Shown here: positions 26,048 to 41,500 of the stretch, piece by piece
Position numbering within the stretch: the first letter of the stretch is position 1
How the letters are laid out: the number at the start of each line of letters is the position of its first letter
From: Auanema rhodensis
Lineage: Eukaryota; Animalia; Nematoda
Length of the DNA: 64,000 nucleotides
Assembly (NCBI GenBank): GCA_964057225.1
Contig: CAXKVF010000073.1
Coordinates: 1,302,001-1,366,000, forward strand
Direction of reading: 5' to 3'
Position numbers and translations under genes: made by a program
The notes under the pieces: generated by a model
The model's input: the letters and a program-made list of their open reading frames with translations, nothing else
The model's database searches: none
Told to the model about the DNA's origin: nothing

Positions 26048-29000
26048 CAAAGTCATGGTTACCATGAACCAATATCAATAAAAATTTGTTTTTAGACTAA
26101 TATGGACATGGGGAATCTAATTTTGAAAACCGCATCTCTTTATCTTTCACGTGAAGCGAGTTACATACCAAGTGCACATCACGTGTACATTTAATTAGCA
26201 TAAATTAAAGTTCACGTAAATTTCAAAGTCATGGTTACCATGTACTAATATCAATAAAAATTTGTTTTTAGACTAATATGGACATGGGGAATCTAATTTT
26301 GAAAACCGCATCTCTTTATCTTTCACGTGAAGCGAGTTACATACCAAGTGCACATCACGTGTACATTTAATTAGCATAAATTAAAGTTCACGTAAATTTC
26401 AAAGTCATGGTTACCATGAACCAATATCAATAAAAATTTGTTTTTAGACTAATATGGACATGGGGAATCTAATTTTGAAAACCGCATCTCTTTATCTTTC
26501 ACGTGAAGCGAGTTACATACCAAGTGCACATCACGTGTACATTTAATTAGCATAAATTAAAGTTCACGTAAATTTCAAAGTCATGGTTACCATGAACCAA
26601 TATCAATAAAAATTTGTTTTTAGACTAATATGGACATGGGGAATCTAATTTTGAAAACCGCATCTCTTTATCTTTCACGTGAAGCGAGTTACATACCAAG
26701 TGCACATCACGTGTACATTTAATTAGCATAAATTAAAGTTCACGTAAATTTCAAAGTCATGGTTACCATGAACCAATATCGATAAAAATTTGTTTTTAGA
26801 CTAATATGGACATGGGGAATCTAATTTCGAAAACCGCATCTCTTTATCTTTCACGTGAAGCGAGTTACATACCAAGTGCACATCACGTGTACATTTAATT
26901 AGCATAAATTAAAGTTCACGTAAATTTCAAAGTCATGGTTACCATGAACCAATATCAATAAAAATTTGTTTTTAGACTAATATGGACATGGGGAATCTAA
27001 TTTTGAAAACCGCATCTCTTTATCTTTCACGTGAAGCGAGTTACATACCAAGTGCACATCACGTGTACATTTAATTAGCATAAATTAAAGTTCACGTAAA
27101 TTTCAAAGTCATGGTTACCATGAACCAATATCGATAAAAATTTGTTTTTAGACTAATATGGACATGGGGAATCTAATTTCGAAAACCGCATCTCTTTATC
27201 TTTCACGTGAAGCGAGTTACATACCAAGTGCACATCACGTGTACATTTAATTAGCATAAATTAAAGTTCACGTAAATTTCAAAGTCATGGTTACCATGCA
27301 CCAATATCAATAAAAATTTGTTTTTAGACTAATATGGACATGGGGAATCTAATTTTGAAAACCGCATCTCTTTATCTTTCACGTGAAGCGAGTTACATAC
27401 CAAGTGCACATCACGTGTACATTTAATTAGCATAAATTAAAGTTCACGTAAATTTCAAAGTCATGGTTACCATGAACCAATATCAATAAAAATTTGTTTT
27501 TAGACTAATATGGACATGGGGAATCTAATTTTGAAAACCGCATCTCTTCATCTTTCACGTGAAGCGAGTTACATACCAAGTGCACATCACGTGTACATTT
27601 AATTAGCATAAATTAAAGTTCACGTAAATTTCAAAGTCATGGTTACCATGAACCAATATTAATAAAAATTTGTTTTTAGACTAATATAGACATGGGGAAT
27701 CTAATTTTGAAAACCGCATCTCTTTATCTTTCACGTGAAGCGAGTTACATACCAAGTGCACATCACGTGTACATTTAATTAGCATTAATTAAAGTTCACG
27801 TAAATTTCAAAGTCATGGTTACCATGAACCAATATCAATAAAAATTTGTTTTTAGACTAATATGGACATGGGGAATCTAATTTTGAAAACCGCATCTCTT
27901 TATCTTTCACGTGAAGCGAGTTACATACCAAGTGCACATCACGTGTACATTTAATTAGCATAAATTAAAGTTCACGTAAATTTCAAAGTCATGGTTACCA
28001 TGAACTAATATCAATAAAAATTTGTTTTTAGACTAATATGGACATGGGGAATCTAATTTTGAAAACCGCATCTCTTTATCTTTCACGTGAAGCGAGTTAC
28101 ATACCAAGTGCACATCACGTGTACATTTAATTAGCATAAATTAAAGTTCACGTAAATTTCAAAGTCATGGTTACCATGAACCAATATCAATAAAAATTTG
28201 TTTTTAGACTAATATGGACATGGGGAATCTAATTTTGAAAACCGCATCTCTTTATCTTTCACGTGAAGCGAGTTACATACCAAGTGCACATCACGTGTAC
28301 ATTTAATTAGCATAAATTAAAGTTCACGTAAATTTCAAAGTCATGGTTACCATAAACCAATATCAATAAAAATTTGTTTTTAGACTAATATGGACATGGG
28401 GAATCTAATTTTGAAAACCGCATCTCTTTATCTTTCACGTGAAGCGAGTTACATACCAAGTGCACATCACGTGTACATTTAATTAGCATAAATTAAAGTT
28501 CACGTAAATTTCAAAGTCATGGTTACCATGAACCAATATCGATAAAAATTTGTTTTTAGACTAATATGGACATGGGGAATCTAATTTCGAAAACCGCATC
28601 TCTTTATCTTTCACGTGAAGCGAGTTACATACCAAGTGCACATCACGTGTACATTTAATTAGCATAAATTAAAGTTCACGTAAATTTCAAAGTCATGGTT
28701 ACCATGAACCAATATCAATAAAAATTTGTTTTTAGACTAATATGGACATGGGGAATCTAATTTTGAAAACCGCATCTCTTTATCTTTCACGTGAAGCGAG
28801 TTACATACCAAGTGCACATCACGTGTACATTTAATTAGCATAAATTAAAGTTCACGTAAATTTCAAAGTCATGGTTACCATGAACCAATATCGATAAAAA
28901 TTTGTTTTTAGACTAATATGGACATGGGGAATCTAATTTCGAAAACCGCATCTCTTTATCTTTCACGTGAAGCGAGTTACATACCAAGTGCACATCACGT

Positions 29001-29567
29001 GTACATTTAATTAGCATAAATTAAAGTTCACGTAAATTTCAAAGTCATGGTTACCATGCACCAATATCAATAAAAATTTGTTTTTAGACTAATATGGACA
29101 TGGGGAATCTAATTTTGAAAACCGCATCTCTTTATCTTTCAGGTGAAGCGAGTTACATACCAAGTGCACATCACGTGTACATTTAATTAGCATAAATTAA
29201 AGTTCACGTAAATTTCAAAGTCATGGTTACCATGAACCAATATCAATAAAAATTTGTTTTTAGACTAATATGGACATGGGGAATCTAATTTTGAAAACCG
29301 CATCTCTTCATCTTTCACGTGAAGCGAGTTACATACCAAGTGCACATCACGTGTACATTTAATTAGCATAAATTAAAGTTCACGTAAATTTCAAAGTCAT
29401 GGTTACCATGAACCAATATTAATAAAAATTTGTTTTTAGACTAATATAGACATGGGGAATCTAATTTTGAAAACCGCATCTCTTTATCTTTCACGTGAAG
29501 CGAGTTACATACCAAGTGCACATCACGTGTACATTTAATTAGCATAAATTAAAGTTCACGTAAATTT
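26048..29567. repeat. 10-monomer (1760 bp) tandem duplication
   Basis: A30G+T77C at 26752/27104 and 28512/28864, then A20C, T94C and C29T+G57A in the same order in both copies, with a few private differences (G19A, C103G). Confidence 0.75.
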
Positions 29568-32500
29568 CAAAGTCATGGTTACCATGAAGCAATATCAATA
29601 AAAATTTGTTTTTAGACTAATATGGACATGGGGAATCTAATTTTGAAAACCGCATCTCTTTATCTTTCACGTGAAGCGAGTTACATACCAAGTGCACATC
29701 ACGTGTACATTTAATTAGCATTAATTAAAGTTCACGTAAATTTCAAAGTCATGGTTACCATGAACCAATATCAATAAAAATTTGTTTTTAGACTAATATG
29801 GACATGGGGAATCTAATTTTGAAAACCGCATCTCTTTATCTTTCACGTGAAGCGAGTTACATACCAAGTGCACATCACGTGTACATTTAATTAGCATAAA
29901 TTAAAGTTCACGTAAATTTCAAAGTCATGGTTACCATGAACTAATATCAATAAAAATTTGTTTTTAGACTAATATGGACATGGGGAATCTAATTTTGAAA
30001 ACCGCATCTCTTTATCTTTCACGTGAAGCGAGTTACATACCAAGTGCACATCACGTGTACATTTAATTAGCATAAATTAAAGTTCACGTAAATTTCAAAG
30101 TCATGGTTACCATGAACCAATATCAATAAAAATTTGTTTTTAGACTAATATGGACATGAGAAATCTAATTTTGAAAACCGCATCTCTTTATCTTTCACGT
30201 GAAGCGAGTTACATACCAAGTGCACATCACGTGTACATTTAATTAGCATAAATTAAAGTTCACGTAAATTTCAAAGTCATGGTTACCATGAACCAATATC
30301 AATAAAAATTTGTTTTTAGACTAATATGGACATGGGGAATCTAATTTTGAAAACCGCATCTCTTCATCTTTCACGTGAAGCGAGTTACATACCAAGTGCA
30401 CATCACGTGTACATTTAATTAGCATAAATTAAAGTTCACGTAAATTTCAAAGTCATGGTTACCATGAACCAATATTAATAAAAATTTGTTTTTAGACTAA
30501 TATAGACATGGGGAATCTAATTTTGAAAACCGCATCTTTTTATCTTTCACGTGAAGCGAGTTACATACCAAGTGCACATCACGTGTACATTTAATTAGCA
30601 TAAATTAAAGTTCACGTAAATTTCAAAGTCATGGTTACCATGAACCAATATCAATAAAAATTTGTTTTTAGACTAATATGGACATGAGGAATCTAATTTT
30701 GAAAACCGCATCTCTTTATCTTTCACGTGAAGCGAGTTACATACCAAGTGCACATCACGTGTACATTTAATTAGCATAAATTAAAGTTCACGTAAATTGC
30801 AAAGTCATGGTTACCATGAACCAATATCAATAAAAATTTGTTTTTAGACTAATATGGACATGGGGAATCTAATTTTGAAAACCGCATCTCTTCATCTTTC
30901 ACGTGAAGCGAGTTACATACCAAGTGCACATCACGTGTACATTTAATTAGCATAAATTAAAGTTCACGTAAATTTCAAAGTCATGGTTACCATGAACCAA
31001 TATTAATAAAAATTTGTTTTTAGACTAATATAGACATGGGGAATCTAATTTTGAAAACCGCATCTCTTCATCTTTCACGTGAAGCGAGTTACATACCAAG
31101 TGCACATCACGTGTACATTTAATTAGCATAAATTAAAGTTCACGTAAATTTCAAAGTCATGGTTACCATGCACCAATATCAATAAAAATTTGTTTTTAGA
31201 CTAATATGGACATGGGGAATCTAATTTTGAAAACCGCATCTCTTTATCTTTCACGTGGAGCGAGTTACATACCAAGTGCACATCACGTGTACATTTAATT
31301 AGCATAAATTAAAGTTCACGTAAATTTCAAAGTCATGGTTACCATGAACCAATATCAATAAAAATTTGTTTTTAGACTAATATAGACATGGGGAATCTAA
31401 TTTTGAAAACCGCATCTCTTTATCTTTCACGTGAAGCGAGTTACATACCAAGTGCACATCACGTGTACATTTAATTAGCATAAATTAAAGTTCACGTAAA
31501 TTTCAAAGTCATGGTTACCATGAACCAATATCAATAAAAATTTGTTTTTAGACTAATATGGACATGGGGAATCTAATTTTGAAAACCGCATCTCTTCATC
31601 TTTCACGTGAAGCGAGTTACATACCAAGTGCACATCACGTGTACATTTAATTAGCATAAATTAAAGTTCACGTAAATTTCAAAGTCATGATTACCATGAA
31701 CCAATATTAATAAAAATTTGTTTTTAGACTAATATAGACATGGGGAATCTAATTTTGAAAACCGCATCTCTTTATCTTTCACGTGAAGCGAGTTACATAC
31801 CAAGTGCACATCACGTGTACATTTAATTAGCATAAATTAAAGTTCACGTAAATTTCAAAGTCATGGTTACCATGAAGCAATATCAATAAAAATTTGTTTT
31901 TAGACTAATATGGACATGGGGAATCTAATTTTGAAAACCGCATCTCTTTATCTTTCACGTGAAGCGAGTTACATACCAAGTGCACATCACGTGTACATTT
32001 AATTAGCATTAATTAAAGTTCACGTAAATTTCAAAGTCATGGTTACCATGAACCAATATCAATAAAAATTTGTTTTTAGACTAATATGGACATGGGGAAT
32101 CTAATTTTGAAAACCGCATCTCTTTATCTTTCACGTGAAGCGAGTTACATACCAAGTGCACATCACGTGTACATTTAATTAGCATAAATTAAAGTTCACG
32201 TAAATTTCAAAGTCATGGTTACCATGAACTAATATCAATAAAAATTTGTTTTTAGACTAATATGGACATGGGGAATCTAATTTTGAAAACCGCATCTCTT
32301 TATCTTTCACGTGAAGCGAGTTACATACCAAGTGCACATCACGTGTACATTTAATTAGCATAAATTAAAGTTCACGTAAATTTCAAAGTCATGGTTACCA
32401 TGAACCAATATCAATAAAAATTTGTTTTTAGACTAATATGGACATGAGAAATCTAATTTTGAAAACCGCATCTCTTTATCTTTCACGTGAAGCGAGTTAC

Positions 32501-33791
32501 ATACCAAGTGCACATCACGTGTACATTTAATTAGCATAAATTAAAGTTCACGTAAATTTCAAAGTCATGGTTACCATGAACCAATATCAATAAAAATTTG
32601 TTTTTAGACTAATATGGACATGGGGAATCTAATTTTGAAAACCGCATCTCTTCATCTTTCACGTGAAGCGAGTTACATACCAAGTGCACATCACGTGTAC
32701 ATTTAATTAGCATAAATTAAAGTTCACGTAAATTTCAAAGTCATGGTTACCATGAACCAATATTAATAAAAATTTGTTTTTAGACTAATATAGACATGGG
32801 GAATCTAATTTTGAAAACCGCATCTTTTTATCTTTCACGTGAAGCGAGTTACATACCAAGTGCACATCACGTGTACATTTAATTAGCATAAATTAAAGTT
32901 CACGTAAATTTCAAAGTCATGGTTACCATGAACCAATATCAATAAAAATTTGTTTTTAGACTAATATGGACATGAGGAATCTAATTTTGAAAACCGCATC
33001 TCTTTATCTTTCACGTGAAGCGAGTTACATACCAAGTGCACATCACGTGTACATTTAATTAGCATAAATTAAAGTTCACGTAAATTGCAAAGTCATGGTT
33101 ACCATGAACCAATATCAATAAAAATTTGTTTTTAGACTAATATGGACATGGGGAATCTAATTTTGAAAACCGCATCTCTTCATCTTTCACGTGAAGCGAG
33201 TTACATACCAAGTGCACATCACGTGTACATTTAATTAGCATAAATTAAAGTTCACGTAAATTTCAAAGTCATGGTTACCATGAACCAATATTAATAAAAA
33301 TTTGTTTTTAGACTAATATAGACATGGGGAATCTAATTTTGAAAACCGCATCTCTTCATCTTTCACGTGAAGCGAGTTACATACCAAGTGCACATCACGT
33401 GTACATTTAATTAGCATAAATTAAAGTTCACGTAAATTTCAAAGTCATGGTTACCATGCACCAATATCAATAAAAATTTGTTTTTAGACTAATATGGACA
33501 TGGGGAATCTAATTTTGAAAACCGCATCTCTTTATCTTTCACGTGGAGCGAGTTACATACCAAGTGCACATCACGTGTACATTTAATTAGCATAAATTAA
33601 AGTTCACGTAAATTTCAAAGTCATGGTTACCATGAACCAATATCAATAAAAATTTGTTTTTAGACTAATATAGACATGGGGAATCTAATTTTGAAAACCG
33701 CATCTCTTTATCTTTCACGTGAAGCGAGTTACATACCAAGTGCACATCACGTGTACATTTAATTAGCATAAATTAAAGTTCACGTAAATTT
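29216..33791. repeat. 13-monomer (2288 bp) tandem duplication
   Basis: G64A+G66A at 30096 and 32384; G64A+T176G at 30624 and 32912; C29T+G57A+T94C at 30976 and 33264; A20C+A107G at 31152 and 33440; G57A at 31328 and 33616. The only difference I saw is G11A in the monomer at 31680. Confidence 0.88.
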
Positions 33792-36700
33792 CAAAGTCAT
33801 GGTTACCATGAACCAATATCAATAAAAATTTGTTTTTAGACTAATATGGACATGGGGAATCTAATTTTGAAAACCGCATCTCTTTATCTTTCACGTGAAG
33901 CGAGTTACATACCAAGTGCACATCACGTGTACATTTAATTAGCATTAATTAAAGTTCACGTAAATTTCAAAGTCATGGTTACCATGAACCAATATCAATA
34001 AAAATTTGTTTTTAGACTAATATGGACATGGGGAATCTAATTTTGAAAACCGCATCTCTTTATCTTTCACGTGAAGCGAGTTACATACCAAGTGCACATC
34101 ACGTGTACATTTAATTAGCATAAATTAAAGTTCACGTAAATTTCAAAGTCATGGTTACCATGAACTAATATCAATAAAAATTTGTTTTTAGACTAATATG
34201 GACATGGGGAATCTAATTTTGAAAACCGCATCTCTTTATCTTTCACGTGAAGCGAGTTACATACCAAGTGCACATCACGTGTACATTTAATTAGCATAAA
34301 TTAAAGTTCACGTAAATTTCAAAGTCATGGTTACCATGAAGCAATATCAATGAAAATTTGTTTTTAGACTAATATGGACATGGGGAATCTAATTTTGAAA
34401 ACCGCATCTCTTTATCTTTCACGTGAAGCGAGTTACATACCAAGTGCACATCACGTGTACATTTAATTAGCATTAATTAAAGTTCACGTAAATTTCAAAG
34501 TCATGGTTACCATGAACCAATATCAATAAAAATTTGTTTTTAGACTAATATGGACATGGGGAATCTAATTTTGAAAACCGCATCTCTTTATCTTTCACGT
34601 GAAGCGAGTTACATACCAAGTGCACATCACGTGTACATTTAATTAGCATTAATTAAAGTTCACGTAAATTTCAAAGTCATGGTTACCATGAACCAATATC
34701 AATAAAAATTTGTTTTTAGACTAATATGGACATGGGGAATCTAATTTTGAAAACCGCATCTCTTTATCTTTCACGTGAAGCGAGTTACATACCAAGTGCA
34801 CATCACGTGTACATTTAATTAGCATAAATTAAAGTTCACGTAAATTTCAAAGTCATGGTTACCATGAAGCAATATCAATAAAAATTTGTTTTTAGACTAA
34901 TATGGACATGGGGAATCTAATTTTGAAAACCGCATCTCTTTATCTTTCACGTGGAGCGAGTTACATACCAAGTGCACATCACGTGTACATTTAATTAGCA
35001 TTAATTAAAGTTCACGTAAATTTCAAAGTCATGGTTACCATGAACCAATATCAATAAAAATTTGTTTTTAAACTAATATGGACATGGGGAATCTAATTTT
35101 GAAAACCGCATCTCTTTATCTTTCACGTGAAGCGAGTTACATACCAAGTGCACATCACGTGTACATTTAATTAGCATAAATTAAAGTTCACGTAAATTTC
35201 AAAGTCATGGTTACCATGAACCAATATCGATAAAAATTTGTTTTTAAACTAATATGGACATGGGGAATCTAATTTTGAAAACCGCATCTCTTTATCTTTC
35301 ACGTGAAGCGAGTTACATACCAAGTGCACATCACGTGTACATTTAATTAGCATAAATTAAAGTTCACGTAAATTTCAAAGTCATGGTTACCATGAACCAA
35401 TATCAATAAAAATTTGTTTTTAGACTAATATGGACATGGGGAATCTAATTTTGAAAACCGCATCTCTTTATCTTTCACGTGAAGCGAGTTACATACCAAG
35501 TGCACATCACGTGTACATTTAATTAGCATAAATTAAAGTTCACGTAAATTTCAAAGTCATGGTTACCATGAACTAATATCAATAAAAATTTGTTTTTAGA
35601 CTAATATGGACATGGGGAATCTAATTTTGAAAACCGCATCTCTTTATCTTTCACGTGAAGCGAGTTACATACCAAGTGCACATCACGTGTACATTTAATT
35701 AGCATAAATTAAAGTTCACGTAAATTTCAAAGTCATGGTTACCATGAACCAATATCAATAAAAATTTGTTTTTAGACTAATATGGACATGAGAAATCTAA
35801 TTTTGAAAACCGCATCTCTTTATCTTTCACGTGAAGCGAGTTACATACCAAGTGCACATCACGTGTACATTTAATTAGCATAAATTAAAGTTCACGTAAA
35901 TTTCAAAGTCATGGTTACCATGAACCAATATCAATAAAAATTTGTTTTTAGACTAATATGGACATGGGGAATCTAATTTTGAAAACCGCATCTCTTCATC
36001 TTTCACGTGAAGCGAGTTACATACCAAGTGCACATCACGTGTACATTTAATTAGCATAAATTAAAGTTCACGTAAATTTCAAAGTCATGGTTACCATGAA
36101 CCAATATTAATAAAAATTTGTTTTTAGACTAATATAGACATGGGGAATCTAATTTTGAAAACCGCATCTTTTTATCTTTCACGTGAAGCGAGTTACATAC
36201 CAAGTGCACATCACGTGTACATTTAATTAGCATAAATTAAAGTTCACGTAAATTTCAAAGTCATGGTTACCATGAACCAATATCAATAAAAATTTGTTTT
36301 TAGACTAATATGGACATGAGGAATCTAATTTTGAAAACCGCATCTCTTTATCTTTCACGTGAAGCGAGTTACATACCAAGTGCACATCACGTGTACATTT
36401 AATTAGCATAAATTAAAGTTCACGTAAATTGCAAAGTCATGGTTACCATGAACCAATATCAATAAAAATTTGTTTTTAGACTAATATAGACATGGGGAAT
36501 CTAATTTTGAAAACCGCATCTCTTTATCTTTCACGTGAAGCGAGTTACATACCAAGTGCACATCACGTGTACATTTAATTAGCATAAATTAAAGTTCACG
36601 TAAATTTCAAAGTCATGGTTACCATGAACTAATATCAATAAAAATTTGTTTTTAGACTAATATGGACATGGGGAATCTAATTTTGAAAACCGCATCTCTT

Positions 36701-38543
36701 TATCTTTCACGTGAAGCGAGTTACATACCAAGTGCACATCACGTGTACATTTAATTAGCATAAATTAAAGTTCACGTAAATTTCAAAGTCATGGTTACCA
36801 TGAACTAATATCAATAAAAATTTGTTTTTAGACTAATATGGACATGGGGAATCTAATTTTGAAAACCGCATCTCTTTATCTTTCACGTGAAGCGAGTTAC
36901 ATACCAAGTGCACATCACGTGTACATTTAATTAGCATAAATTAAAGTTCACGTAAATTTCAAAGTCATGGTTACCATGAACCAATATCAATAAAAATTTG
37001 TTTTTAGACTAATATAGACATGGGGAATCTAATTTTGAAAACCGCATCTCTTTATCTTTCACGTGAAGCGAGTTACATACCAAGTGCACATCACGTGTAC
37101 ATTTAATTAGCATAAATTAAAGTTCACGTAAATTTCAAAGTCATGGTTACCATGAACCAATATCAATAAAAATTTGTTTTTAGACTAATATGGACATGGG
37201 GAATCTAATTTTGAAAACCGCATCTCTTTATCTTTCACGTGAAGCGAGTTACATACCAAGTGCACATCACGTGTACATTTAATTAGCATAAATTAAAGAT
37301 CACGTAAATTTCAAAGTCATGGTTACCATGAACCAATATCGATAAAAATTTGTTTTTAGACTAATATGGACATGGGGAATCTAATTTCGAAAACCGCATC
37401 TCTTTATCTTTCACGTGAAGCGAGTTACATACCAAGTGCACATCACGTGTACATTTAATTAGCATAAATTAAAGTTCACGTAAATTTCAAAGTCATGGTT
37501 ACCATGCACCAATATCAATAAAAATTTGTTTTTAGACTAATATGGACATGGGGAATCTAATTTTGAAAACCGCATCTCTTTATCTTTCACGTGAAGCGAG
37601 TTACATACCAAGTGCACATCACGTGTACATTTAATTAGCATAAATTAAAGTTCACGTAAATTTCAAAGTCATGGTTACCATGAACCAATATCAATAAAAA
37701 ATTGTTTTTAGACTAATATGGACATGGGGAATCTAATTTTGGAAACCGCATCTCTTCATCTTTCACGTGAAGCGAGTTACATACCAAGTGCACATCACGT
37801 GTACATTTAATTAGCATAAATTAAAGTTCACGTAAATTTCAAAGTCATGGTTACCATGAACCAATATTAATAAAAATTTGTTTTTAGACTAATATAGACA
37901 TGGGGAATCTAATTTTAAAAACCGCATCTCTTTATCTTTCACGTGAAGCGAGTTACATACCAAGTGCACATCACGTGTACATTTAATTAGCATAAATTAA
38001 AGTTCACGTAAATTTCAAAGTCATGGTTACCATGCACCAATATCAATAAAAATTTGTTTTTAGACTAATATGGACATGGGGAATCTAATTTTGAAAACCG
38101 CATCTCTTTATCTTTCACGTGAAGCGAGTTACATACCAAGTGCACATCACGTGTACATTTAATTAGCATAAATTAAAGTTCACGTAAATTTCAAAGTCAT
38201 GGTTACCATGAAGCAATATCAATAAAAATTTGTTTTTAGACTAATATGGAAATGAGGAATCTAATTTTGAAAACCGCATCTCTTTATCTTTCACGTGAAG
38301 CGAGTTACATACCAAGTGCACATCACGTGTACATTTAATTAGCATAAATTAAAGTTCACGTAAATTTCAAAGTCATGGTTACCATGCACCAATATCAATA
38401 AAAATTTGTTTTTAGACTAATATGGACATGGGGAATCTAATTTTGAAAACCGCATCTCTTTATCTTTCACGTGAAGCGAGTTACATACCAAGTGCACATC
38501 ACGTGTACATTTAATTAGCATAAATTAAAGTTCACGTAAATTT

Positions 38544-41500
38544 CAAAGTCATGGTTACCATGAACCAATATCAATAAAAATTTGTTTTTAGACTAATATG
38601 GACATGGGGAATCTAATTTTGAAAACCGCATCTCTTTATCTTTCACGTGAAGCGAGTTACATACCAAGTGCACATCACGTGTACATTTAATTAGCATAAA
38701 TTAAAGTTCACGTAAATTTCAAAGTCATGGTTACCATGAACCAATATCAATAAAAATTTGTTTTTAGACTAATATGGACATGGGGAATCTAATTTTGAAA
38801 ACCGCATCTCTTCATCTTTCACGTGAAGCGAGTTACATACCAAGTGCACATCACGTGTACATTTAATTAGCATAAATTAAAGTTCACGTAAATTTCAAAG
38901 TCATGGTTACCATGCACCAATATCAATAAAAATTTGTTTTTAGACTAATATGGACATGGGGAATCTAATTTTGAAAACCGCATCTCTTTATCTTTCACGT
39001 GAAGCGAGTTACATACCAAGTGCACATCACGTGTACATTTAATTAGCATAAATTAAAGTTCACGTAAATTTCAAAGTCATGGTTACCATGAAGCAATATC
39101 AATAAAAATTTGTTTTTAGACTAATATGGAAATGAGGAATCTAATTTTGAAAACCGCATCTCTTTATCTTTCACGTGAAGCGAGTTACATACCAAGTGCA
39201 CATCACGTGTACATTTAATTAGCATAAATTAAAGTTCACGTAAATTTCAAAGTCATGGTTACCATGAAGCAATATCAATAAAAATTTGTTTTTAGACTAA
39301 TATGGACATGGGGAATCTAATTTTGAAAACCGCATCTCTTTATCTTTCACGTGAAGCGAGTTACATACCAAGTGCACATCACGTGTACATTTAATTAGCA
39401 TTAATTAAAGTTCACGTAAATTTCAAAGTCATGGTTACCATGAACCAATATCAATAAAAATTTGTTTTTAGACTAATATGGACATGGGGAATCTAATTTT
39501 CAAAACCGCATCTCTTTATCTTTCACGTGAAGCGAGTTACATACCAAGTGCACATCACGTGTACATTTAATTAGCATAAATTAAAGTTCACGTAAATTTC
39601 AAAGTCATGGTTACCATGAACTAATATCAATAAAAATTTGTTTTTAGACTAATATGGACATGGGGAATCTAATTTTGAAAACCGCATCTCTTTATCTTTC
39701 ACGTGAAGCGAGTTACATACCAAGTGCACATCACGTGTACATTTAATTAGCATAAATTAAAGTTCACGTAAATTTCAAAGTCATGGTTACCATGAACCAA
39801 TATCAATAAAAATTTGTTTTTAGACTAATATGGACATGAGAAATCTAATTTTGAAAACCGCATCTCTTTATCTTTCACGTGAAGCGAGTTACATACCAAG
39901 TGCACATCACGTGTACATTTAATTAGCATAAATTAAAGTTCACGTAAATTTCAAAGTCATGGTTACCATGAACCAATATCAATAAAAATTTGTTTTTAGA
40001 CTAATATGGACATGGGGAATCTAATTTTGAAAACCGCATCTCTTCATCTTTCACGTGAAGCGAGTTACATACCAAGTGCACATCACGTGTACATTTAATT
40101 AGCATAAATTAAAGTTCACGTAAATTTCAAAGTCATGGTTACCATGAACCAATATTAATAAAAATTTGTTTTTAGACTAATATAGACATGGGGAATCTAA
40201 TTTTGAAAACCGCATCTTTTTATCTTTCACGTGAAGCGAGTTACATACCAAGTGCACATCACGTGTACATTTAATTAGCATAAATTAAAGTTCACGTAAA
40301 TTTCAAAGTCATGGTTACCATGAACCAATATCAATAAAAATTTGTTTTTAGACTAATATGGACATGGGGAATCTAATTTTGAAAACCGCATCTCTTCATC
40401 TTTCACGTGAAGCGAGTTACATACCAAGTGCACATCACGTGTACATTTAATTAGCATAAATTAAAGTTCACGTAAATTTCAAAGTCATGGTTACCATGAA
40501 CCAATATTAATAAAAATTTGTTTTTAGACTAATATGGACATGGGGAATCTAATTTTGAAAACCGCATCTCTTCATCTTTCACGTGAAGCGAGTTACATAC
40601 CAAGTGCACATCACGTGTACATTTAATTAGCATAAATTAAAGTTCACGTAAATTTCAAAGTCATGGTTACCATGCACCAATATCAATAAAAATTTGTTTT
40701 TAGACTAATATGGACATGGGGAATCTAATTTTGAAAACCGCATCTCTTTATCTTTCACGTGAAGCGAGTTACATACCAAGTGCACATCACGTGTACATTT
40801 AATTAGCATAAATTAAAGTTCACGTAAATTTCAAAGTCATGGTTACCATGAACCAATATCAATAAAAATTTGTTTTTAGACTAATATGGACATGGGGAAT
40901 CTAATTTTGAAAACCGCATCTCTTCATCTTTCACGTGAAGCGAGTTACATACCAAGTGCACATCACGTGTACATTTAATTAGCATAAATTAAAGTTCACG
41001 TAAATTTCAAAGTCATGGTTACCATGAAGCAATATCAATAAAAATTTGTTTTTAGACTAATATGGACATGGGGAATCTAATTTTGAAAACCGCATCTCTT
41101 TATCTTTCACGTGAAGCGAGTTACATACCAAGTGCACATCACGTGTACATTTAATTAGCATAAATTAAAGTTCACGTAAATTTCAAAGTCATGGTTACCA
41201 TGAACCAATATCAATAAAAATTTGTTTTTAGACTAATATGGACATGGGGAATCTAATTTTGAAAACCGCATCTCTTTATCTTTCACGTGAAGCGAGTTAC
41301 ATACCAAGTGCACATCACGTGTACATTTAATTAGCATAAATTAAAGTTCACGTAAATTTCAAAGTCATGGTTACCATGAACCAATATCAATAAAAATTTG
41401 TTTTTAGACTAATATGGACATGGGGAATCTAATTTTGAAAACCGCATCTCTTCATCTTTCACGTGAAGCGAGTTACATACCAAGTGCACATCACGTGTAC

